From the NCBI GenBank assembly GCA_963792585.1, contig CAWBWI010000001.1:1953743-2017742 (forward strand): DNA of 64,000 bases, given 5' to 3'. Position numbers and translations under genes: made by a program. Below, in pieces: positions 20,258 to 30,613 of the stretch (the first letter of the stretch is position 1; every line of letters begins with the position of its first letter). This DNA is from Candidatus Eiseniibacteriota bacterium. GTDB taxonomy: Bacteria > Eisenbacteria > RBG-16-71-46 > CAIMUX01 > VGJL01. The notes under the pieces were generated by a model, which did not search any database, had not been told where the DNA came from, and saw only the letters and a list, made by a program, of their open reading frames with translations.

Positions 20258-20521
20258 CGATAGCCGTCGCTTCGCAGATCGGGCCCGGTGGAAATAGGAA
20301 GCAGGGAATCCTGTGTCCGAGTGGTATGGTCACGAAGAGAATCGACGCCGAATACTCGGCCGCCTCTTTCTGCCGCATGTTCAGGTGCAAGTCCCACGGT
20401 TGAGAATGAAGACGTTCCCGTCAAGTGCCCGGCAGATCGGAACCTACCTCGTTTCGATGAACAGAAGGGAAGCATGAGAATAGATGAAGTCTGCTCGAAG
20501 GAGCGGAATCCGTATCCGTCC

Positions 20522-21454
20522 ATGAGCCTCGCGCGCGTCACGGTCGCGTGGATGGTCATCACCGTGTTCGTTGCCGCCACGGCGATCGCGCAGGTCACAT
20601 TCCAGGATGAGAACTTCAACGATGCCGACTGGACCATGACGGTTCTCTACACAACCGGCAACGGTGGCAGCGGGTCGGCCGGCCAGAGCGCCGGCGGTGG
20701 GAACCCCGACGCCCACCGACTCGTGACCCACAACATGAACACGCGTCCGGCGCGGTTGGGACTCGTGCACGAGCGAGCGGGCGCGATCTACGATCCACAG
20801 ACGCAGGGCGCGGTCGGCGCCGTAGATTTCTCGTTCGATGCGAAGACGTTCGTCGATCCCGGATACGGCGGCCAATCGGCGACGCTCACGATTCGGCAAG
20901 ACGACGTCGTCTATCTTGGTCCGTATTTCGCGAACGGGGACGACGTCTGGCGCAGTACGGAGCATGCGGGCTTGGGCGCAACCGATTTCGCGGAATGGGA
21001 CGCCCCAAATCATCCTGATTTCTCGAACGCCGGCGAAGTGCTTCAGTTCGGGTTCCTCACCTCCAACCACAATCCCCCGGATGGGATCATTGGCAGTTCA
21101 ACGACCATCGTCGGGTATGACAACTGGTCGGTCACCATCGTGACGGCAACGAGCGGTGTTCAGCCCGGACCGGTCACCACACAGCTCGTGCATGCCGCCA
21201 TGCCGAACCCATTTGCGCGCGACACCGTGATCCGCTTCACATTAGAGGAGGCCGCGGGGATTCGCGTGCGGATCTGCGATGCAACCGGGCGCGCCATACG
21301 GCTGTTCCAACTGGACCGATCCGCGCCGGGCGCCCAGTCGGTCGCATGGGATGGCCTCGACTCGGCCGGCCGTCCGACGCCCACCGGCGTTTATTTCTAC
21401 AGCATCGATGCCGGGATGCGGACGGCGATGGGGCAGGTGATGCGCCTGCGTTAG
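20522..21454 (+). CDS. secreted protein with C-terminal FlgD-Ig/T9SS-type sorting domain
   Basis: Signal peptide; C-terminal PNPF..TVIRF..ICDATGRAIR..WDGLDSAGRPTPTGVYF; start uncertain. Confidence 0.8.
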   Translation: MSLARVTVAWMVITVFVAATAIAQVTFQDENFNDADWTMTVLYTTGNGGSGSAGQSAGGGNPDAHRLVTHNMNTRPARLGLVHERAGAIYDPQTQGAVGAVDFSFDAKTFVDPGYGGQSATLTIRQDDVVYLGPYFANGDDVWRSTEHAGLGATDFAEWDAPNHPDFSNAGEVLQFGFLTSNHNPPDGIIGSSTTIVGYDNWSVTIVTATSGVQPGPVTTQLVHAAMPNPFARDTVIRFTLEEAAGIRVRICDATGRAIRLFQLDRSAPGAQSVAWDGLDSAGRPTPTGVYFYSIDAGMRTAMGQVMRLR

Positions 21455-21550
21455 CTCGGGCAAGCACGAAGTCGGGCACGGCAGGACAGGTCCGGAGAGG
21501 CGCCGGTCGCGGCTGAGTGCGGTGTTGACCGAGTCGGGGAAGGATCGGGG

Positions 21551-21606
21551 CGGGGAGACGGCACACGCACAAGGGGGATTGCGCGTGGCGGTTCGCCGTC
21601 TCCCCG
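21551..21606. terminator. long GC-rich hairpin between convergent genes
   Basis: CGGGGAGACGGC...GCCGTCTCCCCG perfect 12-bp outer stem plus inner CACGCACAA/TTGCGCGTG stem; no U-tract. Confidence 0.5.
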
Positions 21607-21617
21607 GGGGATTCCCC

Positions 21618-22535
21618 TCAATCCATGTACGAGTAGACTTTCCAGGTGCCGTTGCATTGCACGAACGTCCGGGCGAACGCGACCTCCGCGGGCTGCCCGT
21701 CCGCCGTGTGGGCGAGAATCCGCGCACCGTCGTAAAGCGAGAAGTTGCGGTAGGGAGCCACTCCGACTTCGTAGGCGATGGAATCGAAGATCAGGCTCCT
21801 CCCTCCGAACTCATCCATTCCCGCGTTGGCTCCCTTGACGCAGTCCGCGTCGAGGAAGAACCAGGCATCCGCTGCCTTCAACCGGGTAATCGGACGACTC
21901 GCCGGGAACTCGGGCCAGAGGATCTCTCCAAATTCGTCTGCCGTGATCCTGAGCGCGCTGAGGGCCTTCTTGTCTTTCGTGCGCAGCGCGTCGAGGATCT
22001 GCTGCGCGAGTTCGTCGGCGGAAGATGCACCCCCGGCGAGCTCACGATCGACTCTTGGGGCTTCCCGGCGGCCGACCACGGCCGCGTTTGCCTCGGAATC
22101 ATTCGGCGGCACGTATCCCGGACTCCCCACGAACGCCGATCGCGATGGCCGTTCTCCCATCGGAGCCAATGGAATCTCCGTCATTGTCCCCTCCTGCTCC
22201 GCATCCGAGGAATGACCCCGCTCGACCGACGGCTTCTGGGCTGCGGGGTCCGCAACGACGTGATCGTTCCCCGAAGGGCGTGCCGCACGGATTGGGGCAT
22301 CGATCGACGTTGCGGGGGCGGGCTCCGTCGGGGCCGGGGCGACCGGGGAGGCCAGGGAAGCCGTCGAGGGCGATGCCGCCACCGATACGACGTCCCCCAC
22401 AGCGCCGTTCCCGGTCGCCGAAACCTGTCGGGCGCCCGGTGCGCCGCCCGACAGCTTGATCAGCGCGATACACAGCAACGCGGCGAGGGCAATGCCGGGA
22501 AGCGCCAACCATCGGTTCGAACTCTTCGTGTTCAT
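21618..22535 (-). CDS. hypothetical membrane-anchored protein, last gene of TonB receptor operon
   Basis: N-terminal TM, Pro/Ala linker, globular C-terminus; GAGGAGG RBS. Confidence 0.7.
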   Translation of the reverse strand: MNTKSSNRWLALPGIALAALLCIALIKLSGGAPGARQVSATGNGAVGDVVSVAASPSTASLASPVAPAPTEPAPATSIDAPIRAARPSGNDHVVADPAAQKPSVERGHSSDAEQEGTMTEIPLAPMGERPSRSAFVGSPGYVPPNDSEANAAVVGRREAPRVDRELAGGASSADELAQQILDALRTKDKKALSALRITADEFGEILWPEFPASRPITRLKAADAWFFLDADCVKGANAGMDEFGGRSLIFDSIAYEVGVAPYRNFSLYDGARILAHTADGQPAEVAFARTFVQCNGTWKVYSYMD

Positions 22536-22558
22536 CGTCTGCCTCCTCTCGCTGTAGC

Positions 22559-25477
22559 TCAGGATCCGGTCGAGATCGAGAGTGAGATACTCCGGCCATC
22601 GCGGAAGCGGCTCGTCACCTTCGACGTCTTCTCGATGATCCCCTTCTGCTCGAAGCGGACATCGTCATCGAAGAGGTTCTCGAGGGAGAGCTTCAGCCGT
22701 CCGATTCCCGTGCGACGGCTGTACGTCATATCGACGCTCGTGCGGGGCTGTTCGTAGATATCCGGGAGCCCCTGCACGCCGACGCGGGAGAGACGGCGTC
22801 CGAAGCGGTTGACCATCAGGGTCGCACCGGTCGTCCCGTTCGCATTCGCGTAGAACAGGCCGAGATTCACAACGTAGGGAGATTGCCCCTCGAGGGGACG
22901 CTTCTGCGACGTCTCCACGCCGAGCTTGCTCACGTCGGTTCGAGAACGGACGAGGGTGATATTCGCGGTGGTCGCGAACGGCGCCAGCTTCGGGCTGACT
23001 CGATCGAGTCCCACCCGCGCCTCCAGCTCCGTGCCGGCGATCGAGCCGCCCTTGCCGTTGATCGGCTTGTAGACCGGCGTCTCACCCCCTTGAAGACTCC
23101 GCTCGATCGGATTCACCAGATCCTTGTAGAAGAGGCTTGCCGCAAGCAGTTCGTTCGGGCTCGGGTAGGCCTCGACCCGCAGGTCGGTGTTCCGGATCTT
23201 GGCCCGCTTGAGCTCGGGGTTCCCGACCTCGGGATAGCCGCTCACATAGTCTGTGATCCAGAAGTTGCTGAGCTCGCGGAAGTCCGGACGCGAAACCGTC
23301 ACGCTGTAGGCGCCCCGCACGGTGAGGTCTTCTCGGAGCGCGTACGAGAGGTTCACGGCCGGCAGCAGGTCGGTATTCGAGAGCTTTGCCTTTGCCAGCA
23401 GTGAATCGGGTGTCAGGTGGAAGATGTCGTAGCTCTCCACCTTCATGGTCGCATCCTCGATCCGCGCGCCGAAGACGGCCCGCCACTTCGTCGAAAGGGG
23501 CAGATCGAACATCGCGAAACCGGCGGTCAGATCCTGGTGGGCACGATAGTTGTCGCTCTCCGGCTTCGTCAGTTCCTGAAGCATGAATGTCGTGCTCGCT
23601 CCGCCGATCCTCTCGTCGGTCAGAATCTGCTCCGGGGAAAGTGCGAGAATCGAGTCGAGGCCGGCGCCACCGCCGGAGGACGGGGCGCTGTAGAAGAAGC
23701 GCCTCCAACTCGAGTCGCGATCCTTGTTCTTCACCAATGCGCCGAAGCGGAACTTCGAGTCCAGGCGGCCCCACTGCTTGAAGGGAATGGTCAGGTTGAT
23801 TTCCGGTGAACGCTCATCCTCGACCGATCGCCCGAACATCCGGGTGAGTCCGAGGCTGGCGGAGCGCCCGCTCAGACGCCAGACGTCGAGCGAGTCGACG
23901 ATTTCCTCATCCACGACGACATAGTCCCGTTCGAACTCGTAGTTGTACTCGCGTCGGTCGGGCTCGCTTCGCACGGCGCGCGAGTAGTTGTAGCGGAGAT
24001 CGACCTTCGCGTTTCCCATGTGGGTCAGGGTGTGGCTGGTCGAGACCGAGCTGGCGAAGAGGCCCCGCTCGACGTAGTCAAATCGGCTGTTCCGCAGCGG
24101 TTTGCCGCTATCGTTGTTCTCACCCTCGTAGAACCGCACTTCGTCTTCGGCGCTGCGGTTGTAGATCCCCCGCAAGGAGATCGTATTGAAGTCGTTGAGC
24201 CGGTAACTCGAATTGGCGATCGCGCCCCAGAGGGTCGTTGCCTCCGAGGTCGTCACGTCATACGCCGTCTCGGGAATCAGGATCCCGCCATCCGACTTGT
24301 AGACATTCTCCTCGCCCTCCGTGGTGCGGAAGCCGTTCGACATGGAGAAGGAGCCAAGGAACCCGAGGGGGCGGTCGAGGAGATCGAGCTCGTTTCCGTA
24401 GGTGGCGTTGACCGCATAGGAAGGGAGGCCGGTCTGCGTCTTTCGGTTCCAGGTCCGGTTGAATGCGCGACCGAGGATGCCGACCGTGTCGGCGGAGAAT
24501 CCGGCCGATGAGAAGGCGCCGCGACGCGTGATCTTGGTGTTGCGCGCCAAGCGGTCGACGACCCCCGGCAAATCCCGTGTGCCGTCGTCGATCCCCAGGA
24601 AGTCGGTCTTGCCGCCCTGATATGTGTAGAATGTCTTGCCGGTCGTCGTTCCGTTGCCCCCCGCGGAGACAGAGAAGTCCCAGAGCTTGCGGCCGGGGAA
24701 GTCTCTGGTGCTGACGTTCACGACCCCACCGCCGAACTCTCCGGGTTGATCGGGCGTATAGGTCTTCTGGACGACCACATTGTCGAGCAGGCTCGAAGCG
24801 AAGAGGTCCAGCGGCACCACCCGCTTGTTCGGCTCCGGCGTGCCGACCGTCGCGCCGTTGATCTGGGTCGAGCTGTAGCGCTCCCCCAAACCGCGGACGT
24901 AGACGTACCGACGCCCCACGATCGATAGCCCCGTGACGCGCTGCAGCGCCTCCGCGGCATTGGAATCGGTGCTCTTGGCGATCTGCTGCGAACTGATCCC
25001 GTCGCTCACGGCGGGAGCGCGCTTCTGCTGCGCCAGCACCGACGCCTCTGTGTTCTCGATCGCCTTGGCGGTGATCTGAACCGTCTTCAAGGTCATCGCG
25101 TCGGGCACGAGGGAAACATCGACCGTTGCGACCTGCCCCTCGAGAACCTCGATCGCGGTGACGGACCGGTGGTGGTAGGAGACGAATCTGACGACGATCT
25201 TGTACAGGCCCGGCTTCGCGACGATGCGGTAGCTTCCGTCGGGCTTGGTCATCGCGCCGCCGGACGGCGTGCCCGTCGTATCAGTGGCCGACTCGAGGTG
25301 CATCAGGGCGACGGATGCGAACGCTAGCGGAGCGCCAGTCTCCGAGCTGACGACCTTTCCGATGATGCCCGCGGCATCGGCTCCGCGCGCCTCATAAGCC
25401 GAAAGTCCGGTCAGAATCACGATCGCCAGGCCGGCAACGGCCCGTGCGCATCCGTACCAATATGGCTTGCAGGTCAT
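22559..25477 (-). CDS. TonB-dependent outer-membrane receptor with N-terminal carboxypeptidase-regulatory-like domain
   Basis: Plug AEALQRVTG, YVYVRGLGERY, VVPLDLF, GGVVNV; barrel SRPDFREL, GNPELK, LEGQSPY, ENLFD. Confidence 0.93.
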   Translation of the reverse strand: MTCKPYWYGCARAVAGLAIVILTGLSAYEARGADAAGIIGKVVSSETGAPLAFASVALMHLESATDTTGTPSGGAMTKPDGSYRIVAKPGLYKIVVRFVSYHHRSVTAIEVLEGQVATVDVSLVPDAMTLKTVQITAKAIENTEASVLAQQKRAPAVSDGISSQQIAKSTDSNAAEALQRVTGLSIVGRRYVYVRGLGERYSSTQINGATVGTPEPNKRVVPLDLFASSLLDNVVVQKTYTPDQPGEFGGGVVNVSTRDFPGRKLWDFSVSAGGNGTTTGKTFYTYQGGKTDFLGIDDGTRDLPGVVDRLARNTKITRRGAFSSAGFSADTVGILGRAFNRTWNRKTQTGLPSYAVNATYGNELDLLDRPLGFLGSFSMSNGFRTTEGEENVYKSDGGILIPETAYDVTTSEATTLWGAIANSSYRLNDFNTISLRGIYNRSAEDEVRFYEGENNDSGKPLRNSRFDYVERGLFASSVSTSHTLTHMGNAKVDLRYNYSRAVRSEPDRREYNYEFERDYVVVDEEIVDSLDVWRLSGRSASLGLTRMFGRSVEDERSPEINLTIPFKQWGRLDSKFRFGALVKNKDRDSSWRRFFYSAPSSGGGAGLDSILALSPEQILTDERIGGASTTFMLQELTKPESDNYRAHQDLTAGFAMFDLPLSTKWRAVFGARIEDATMKVESYDIFHLTPDSLLAKAKLSNTDLLPAVNLSYALREDLTVRGAYSVTVSRPDFRELSNFWITDYVSGYPEVGNPELKRAKIRNTDLRVEAYPSPNELLAASLFYKDLVNPIERSLQGGETPVYKPINGKGGSIAGTELEARVGLDRVSPKLAPFATTANITLVRSRTDVSKLGVETSQKRPLEGQSPYVVNLGLFYANANGTTGATLMVNRFGRRLSRVGVQGLPDIYEQPRTSVDMTYSRRTGIGRLKLSLENLFDDDVRFEQKGIIEKTSKVTSRFRDGRSISLSISTGS

Positions 25478-25511
25478 TTCTCAGGCTCCCCCTTGCGCTG
25501 ATGGAAGTCTT

Positions 25512-25544
25512 GCCGGGGGGCGGGAACCGCCCCGCCTCCCCGGC
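25512..25544. other. intercistronic GC stem-loop
   Basis: GCCGGGGGGCGGG...CCCGCCTCCCCGGC inverted repeat; no U-tract. Confidence 0.45.
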
Positions 25545-25558
25545 GTCGACGAGCGAAA

Positions 25559-27256
25559 CTAGTGAACCGTGATCAGGCGACCGGATGTCACATGGCCGCC
25601 GGCCTCGCAGCGGTAGTAGTAGGCGCCCGCAGGACGACCGCTCGGCAGGTTCCAAACCGCCTGGTGATCGCCGGCCGGCAGATTTCCGTTCACAAGGGTC
25701 GCGACCTCACGTCCCGTGGAGTCGAAGACCCGCAGGCTCGTCGCACCCTCGCTCGGCAACCGAAGGAGGAAGTGCGCGCTGTTGACGACCGGATTCGGAA
25801 AGGTGCGCACGATCAGGTCGCTCGTAGGCTGGATCGGCTCCACGCCCGCGGGACCGGAGCAGAGGAGAACGGGCACGTCATTGTAGGTCCCGCGCGCCGA
25901 GCTCTGATTGTCGCTGACGTCGATTCCCTGCGTCTTCCAGCCCAGGATGATGCTGTTGTAGACCTGGGCGTCCGTGCCGCGGCGCAGGTGGATCCCCTTC
26001 GTCGACGTTCCGCCGACTTGATCGGTATTGACCAGCGTCACATTGGCAATGACCGGGTTCGAGCGGCACGGGGCATCGAAGTCGAACTCGTTGTTGTCCG
26101 CCTCGATTCCCTTGTCGCAGCTGTTGTCGCCCCATGCTGGATGACTGCGAACTGGACCAGGCCGCGGAAGCCCATCTGCCAGTCGAGGCCGTCGTCTCCA
26201 CCGCGCGACGCCGAGCAGGTGTTTCGCCGTCATCTTGCCGCCGAACCACTCGAAGCAGATCGTCCTTGCCGCGGAAGGCGTTCAGGTAGTCGGCGCGCGT
26301 GTTGACGCCGACGCTGCAGAAAGTGAAGGCGTTCAGCTCGTTGTTGACGCTGAGCTCGTGCCCGGCGTACTCCACGCGAACGTAGCGAAGCGACGCCACT
26401 GTTGTCGCAGTCGTCGTTCCCGCAGTGGAATGACTTCGGTCCCCTCCGTGAAGCAAGCTCTGCCCGTACGGCAGTCGGCGCAGTTGGCGATCGCGTTGCC
26501 GCAGAGCATGATGCCGCCCCAGTCGCCGCTGGCCATCTCGCCGGGAACCTGATCGCTCGTCATGATGATCGGCTGGCTCGGGCTTCCCTGCGCGTCGATC
26601 CTGGCCCCGCGTTCGATGACGAGGAAGCCGAGGGAGGCCTTCTCGCCGAAGATCGCGGTCCCCGCTTCGATCGTCAGGATCGCCGGCGGGAGGACGTTGA
26701 CGCGGCCGCGGAGCAGGTAGTTGTTCGTGCTCGTCCAGGTCGTGTTCGCAGCGATATCCGTCTGAACGATGATCACCGGCTTCGTGTAGTCCAGATCGGT
26801 GCGACCCGCGCCGGTCTCATTGAAGTAGGTCCAGCCCTGCGTCCAGTCGGCGCCCCATGCCGTCGGTGGAACGCCGCCCCTGTAGCAAACGTAGTCGGGC
26901 CTCGCGAAGCTGGGCGTGAATCCACAGTTGTAGCACGCGTCATCATGCACGACGGGGACGACGACCTGATCGTTGCTGCCCAGCGCGAGGCTCGTTGCCG
27001 CCGGCACCCAGCTCGGACTCACGTGGTCGTAAGGATTCGCGAGCTGAGGATCGACCTCGTCGTTGTGGGTGAACAGCGTCCGGAGGAGCATGCAGCCGTC
27101 GAACGTCGCCGAACCGCCGGTGCGGCAGTTGCCGCCGGCATTGTTGAACGAGATATTCCCGTCGAAGGCGTGCTGCGCCGATGCGATGCCGCTACTGAGC
27201 GTGGCCAACGCGACGAGACACAGAACGATCCGCCTCCCGTTGATCCGATTCTTCAT
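25559..27256 (-). CDS. secreted beta-helix-like protein with T9SS/FlgD-type C-terminal domain (frameshifted about 26,150-26,430)
   Basis: Pieces in three frames: LTIEAGT..PIIMTSDQ..GDWGGIMLCGNA; LRYVRVEYAG..NELNAFT; GIEADNN..GIHLRRGT; C-terminal FPNP..VFDSTGREV..GAYYYR. Confidence 0.8.
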
Positions 27257-27370
27257 TGGGTGAGACCTCCCCGTAGTGATGTGAGTGGACCTGCCCCGAG
27301 ACCAGGAATCGCCTCCCATCCAGCGCGACTCCTTCAAAGGGAAGGCTAGGTGCCGATGCCACGAGTCGTC

Positions 27371-27432
27371 CAAACAAGATCCGGTGAATCTTGTTTGAAC
27401 GTCTCGCGCGTTCCATGTGAATGAAGTGTGAA
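27371..27432 (-). promoter_or_regulatory. putative operator: 10-bp inverted repeat plus 11-bp-phased TTCA(C/A) direct repeats
   Basis: CAAACAAGAT-N7-ATCTTGTTTG; (G/T)TGAA at 27384, 27395, 27417, 27428. Confidence 0.55.
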
Positions 27433-27577
27433 GGGTTTCTACGATCCGCGGATTCCGCGGCTGCGAGGCATCCTGATTAAAGCGACGTTGGGGGCGTCGG
27501 CCCCTCGCTCAACGGCGCGAATGGGACCGCGCGTCGCGCGCCGGCTCAGGCGCGAGCGCGCATCAGGATTCCGTCCG

Positions 27578-28855
27578 CTATTTCACATCCAATGGATGCT
27601 CGCGGAAGTCCGCCAGGACGACAATCGCGAAGTGGTCGGGATGGACGTTGCGGCGCGCCACATCCAGGATCTGTTCGCGCGTGACCGCCTGCATCTCGGT
27701 CAGGTCGCGCAGCCAGAATTCGTCGGGCAGGCCGTAGAACTCCTGCTCGATCAACTTCGCCGCGATCTGGTCGTTCGTTTCCATGGTGAGAGGGAGGCTC
27801 CCCGTGAAGTATTTCTTCGCCCATGCGAGTTCTTCGTCGGTGGCGCCTTCGGCGCGGAAGCGATCGATCTCGGCGAGCATCTCGTGGATCGCCTCGTTCA
27901 TCGACTCGACCTTTGTTTGCGTTGCGGCGAAGAAGTAACCTGGCTCCCGCCGTGGCCAGAAGTTCGAGTGGACTCCGTAGGTGAGCCCCCGCTCCTCGCG
28001 CAGGTTTCGCATGAGGCGGCTGCCGAAGCCCGATCCGCCGAGGATGTAGTTCATCACGACCGCCGCATTGTGATCGGGGTGATTGCGTGGCAGACCGACG
28101 TTTCCCATCCGGATCGTCGCCTGCGTGACCTCCTGCTGGATGGTCACGACCGCGCGCTCGGTCGGAGTGGGCATCGACGGGATCGGGTGCTTCGGCGAAG
28201 CGGTGGCCGACCACTTGCCGAACATCTCCTCCGCCCAGGTGAGCGCCGTCTCCGCGTCGATGTCCCCGACCAGGGCCAGGATCGACCCATCCGGGACGTA
28301 TCTCCCACCGTGGAAGGCGACGATCGCCTCTCGGTCCGTCCGCCCGACCGATTCCGGCGTTCCCTCCTTCGTCCGGTGGTACGGGTGCGCCCCGTAGATC
28401 GCCTCGAAGAAGCGTTCACGCACGAAGGAGGAGTGGTCGTCCTTGCGGCCTTCGAGATAGCCCAGGATCTGTGAACGCTTTCGCTCGATCTCTTCCTCCA
28501 GGAATGCCGGAACGAGGGCCACCTCCGCAAGCGTCTCTATCAGGACGCGCGCATCCGCCGCGCGACCCGTGAGATCGACGGTCGCATAGTCGAAGTCGCA
28601 CGAGGTCGACAGGGTTGCGCCGATCCCGTCGACGGCCTCAGCAAGCTCGACGGCGCCCCGGCGGGATGTCCCGAGGGGCAGGAGCTGCGAGACGAAGTGC
28701 GCAACGCCCGGATGGGACTCCGGCTCGGCCGCCACGCCCGAAGGGACGAGAAGCGTCGCCGAGACGATCGGCAGATGCCGGCGCTCGAGAACGATGACGG
28801 TGAGCCCGTTCGGAAGGACGCGCCGCGAGCGAACCGGGTGCAGGGAATCGCTCAT
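27578..28855 (-). CDS. M16 peptidase, non-catalytic partner subunit
   Basis: VLPNGLTV, GVAHFVSQLL (HXXEH lost), GSRLMRNLREERGLTY; ATG 28855 after GAGG. Confidence 0.85.
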   Translation of the reverse strand: MSDSLHPVRSRRVLPNGLTVIVLERRHLPIVSATLLVPSGVAAEPESHPGVAHFVSQLLPLGTSRRGAVELAEAVDGIGATLSTSCDFDYATVDLTGRAADARVLIETLAEVALVPAFLEEEIERKRSQILGYLEGRKDDHSSFVRERFFEAIYGAHPYHRTKEGTPESVGRTDREAIVAFHGGRYVPDGSILALVGDIDAETALTWAEEMFGKWSATASPKHPIPSMPTPTERAVVTIQQEVTQATIRMGNVGLPRNHPDHNAAVVMNYILGGSGFGSRLMRNLREERGLTYGVHSNFWPRREPGYFFAATQTKVESMNEAIHEMLAEIDRFRAEGATDEELAWAKKYFTGSLPLTMETNDQIAAKLIEQEFYGLPDEFWLRDLTEMQAVTREQILDVARRNVHPDHFAIVVLADFREHPLDVK

Positions 28856-30106
28856 TCCTCGCCTCCCTCGGCGATCAGATAGCCGCACGTACGCTGCTTT
28901 TCGTCGAACCAGCTCCCCGCCGCGCGCGCGACGTCGCCGGCGGTCGCTGCGAGGCACGCATCGTGGAACTCGAAGAAGTTCTGCCAGGTGGAGAGGCACT
29001 CGTAGGAGCCGAGTCCCTGCCCCAACTCGAAGTTGTGCTCTTGACCAAAGATGAAATCGGCGTCGATCTGGTTGCGCGCCTTCTCGATCTCCTTCGCCGT
29101 GGGCGGCGTCGCGGCAGAGCGATTCCACCGCCTCGATGACCGCGGCGCGAAGCCGCTCGACGTCGACGCCCGGCCGCGCCGTGGCACGAATCACGAAGGT
29201 CGACGGATCTTTGCGGATGTAGAAGCCCCCGGATAGATCCATCGCGAGCGGCTCCTGGTAGATCAACCGCTGGTAGAGACGGCTCGATCGGCCACGGAAG
29301 AGAATGTACTCGCCGATGTTGATCGGGGCTGCATCGGCGTGGGTCGATTCGGGCGCTCGGTAGGCGATCACTACCCCCGGTAGCTGGACTTCCTTGTGGA
29401 CGCGCACCGTCCGCTCCCCCCGCTGGTCGGGCTCGACGACCTGGACCGGAGGGACTTCCGGGCCCCGCGCGATCCCGCCGAAGTGGCGTCCGGCCAGCTC
29501 GAGCACCTGGTCGTGGTGAACGTCGCCCGCGACGACCAGGACCGCATTGTTCGGACGGTAGTAGACCTTGTAGTAGGCGATCAGATCCCCGCGCGTGATC
29601 GTCTCGAGATCGGTCATCCAGCCGATCACGGGCCAGTGATACGGGTGCGCCTGGAAGACCGCCGCCTCGACCGCCTCGGTGATCAGGCCGAAGGGCGGAT
29701 CCTCGCGCGTCTGCCGGCGTTCCTCGCGGATCACGGAGATCTCGCTCTCGAACTCCTCCGGCTGGAGCAGGAGCCCCTGCATGCGGTCCGCCTCGAGTTC
29801 GAAAGCGACCTCGAGGCGGTCGTTTGCCATGTTCTCGAAGTACGCGGTGAAGTCGTAGCTCGTGAAGGCGTTGTTCGTCATCCCGTTCTCCTGGATGATC
29901 CGGTCGAACACGCCCTTCGGAAATCGCTCGGTTCCCTTGAACATCATGTGCTCGAATATGTGGGAGGCGCCGGTGATGCCGGTCCGCTCGTTGCGCGAGC
30001 CGACGCGATACCAGAGCTGGAGGCTCGCCGTCGGGCTCACCGGGTTCTCGACGGTGAGGACCTTCAGGCCGTTGTCGAGTTGCGATTCATGGATTCGGTC
30101 GCGCAT
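28852..30106 (-). CDS. M16 zinc peptidase, catalytic subunit (frameshift near 29,110)
   Basis: GASHIFEHMMFKGT, NAFTSYD, AHPYHWPVIGW; true C-terminus (EIEKARNQ...EGGEE*) is in another frame ending 28852. Confidence 0.88.
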
Positions 30107-30188
30107 GAGTCTCCTTCGCTTTTGTTCGCCTGTACCGGTAACGATGGATGAGGGTCAGATGGATCCGTCGTGCCTCCAGTATGCCGCC

Positions 30189-30593
30189 TCACGTGGTGGC
30201 GGCCAACTCGTAATCGAACTCGTAAGAGTGCGCCCCGGCGCTGATGATGATCGTCATCCTGCCGGTGAGTCCCGCGAGCTCCTCGGTACCGGAATCCGGC
30301 ACCACGCTGACCGTGAGCCGGGGCGTGCCCCGATCCATGGTGCCGGTATGCTGGAGAACGAACGTGCCGGTGCGACCCTGGAGACTCCCCGTCACCTTCT
30401 CCATTGCGACGTATCCGGCCGAGCCGTCGACCGCTGTCCGGTGGGCCAGCATCTCTCCCTTGCTCACAGCCTCCAGATCGCCGTGAAACTGTTTGTCGAT
30501 CGTCATCCGTCCGAGGCTCGCCGCGTCCGCCTTCTCGCTCGGCGGTTGGGGCTCGAGCTTCACGTCGAATGTCCCAAGGGCGTGGTTCGTCAT
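30189..30593 (-). CDS. DUF3224 family protein
   Basis: GTFDVK, KQFHGDL, SAGYVAME, FVLQH, VVPDSGT. Confidence 0.85.
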   Translation of the reverse strand: MTNHALGTFDVKLEPQPPSEKADAASLGRMTIDKQFHGDLEAVSKGEMLAHRTAVDGSAGYVAMEKVTGSLQGRTGTFVLQHTGTMDRGTPRLTVSVVPDSGTEELAGLTGRMTIIISAGAHSYEFDYELAATT

Positions 30594-30613
30594 GTGGTGT
30601 TCTCTCCCGGGGG

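Noticed and set aside
20258..20521. Possible riboswitch or ncRNA in long intergenic region
   Set aside because: No recognisable consensus or convincing structure by eye; an Rfam scan would be needed.
27578..30106. 842-aa single M16 fusion ORF
   Set aside because: A frameshift near 29,110 bypasses the first gene's stop; its real C-terminus is in another frame ending 28852, and the second gene has its own RBS and ATG at 28855.
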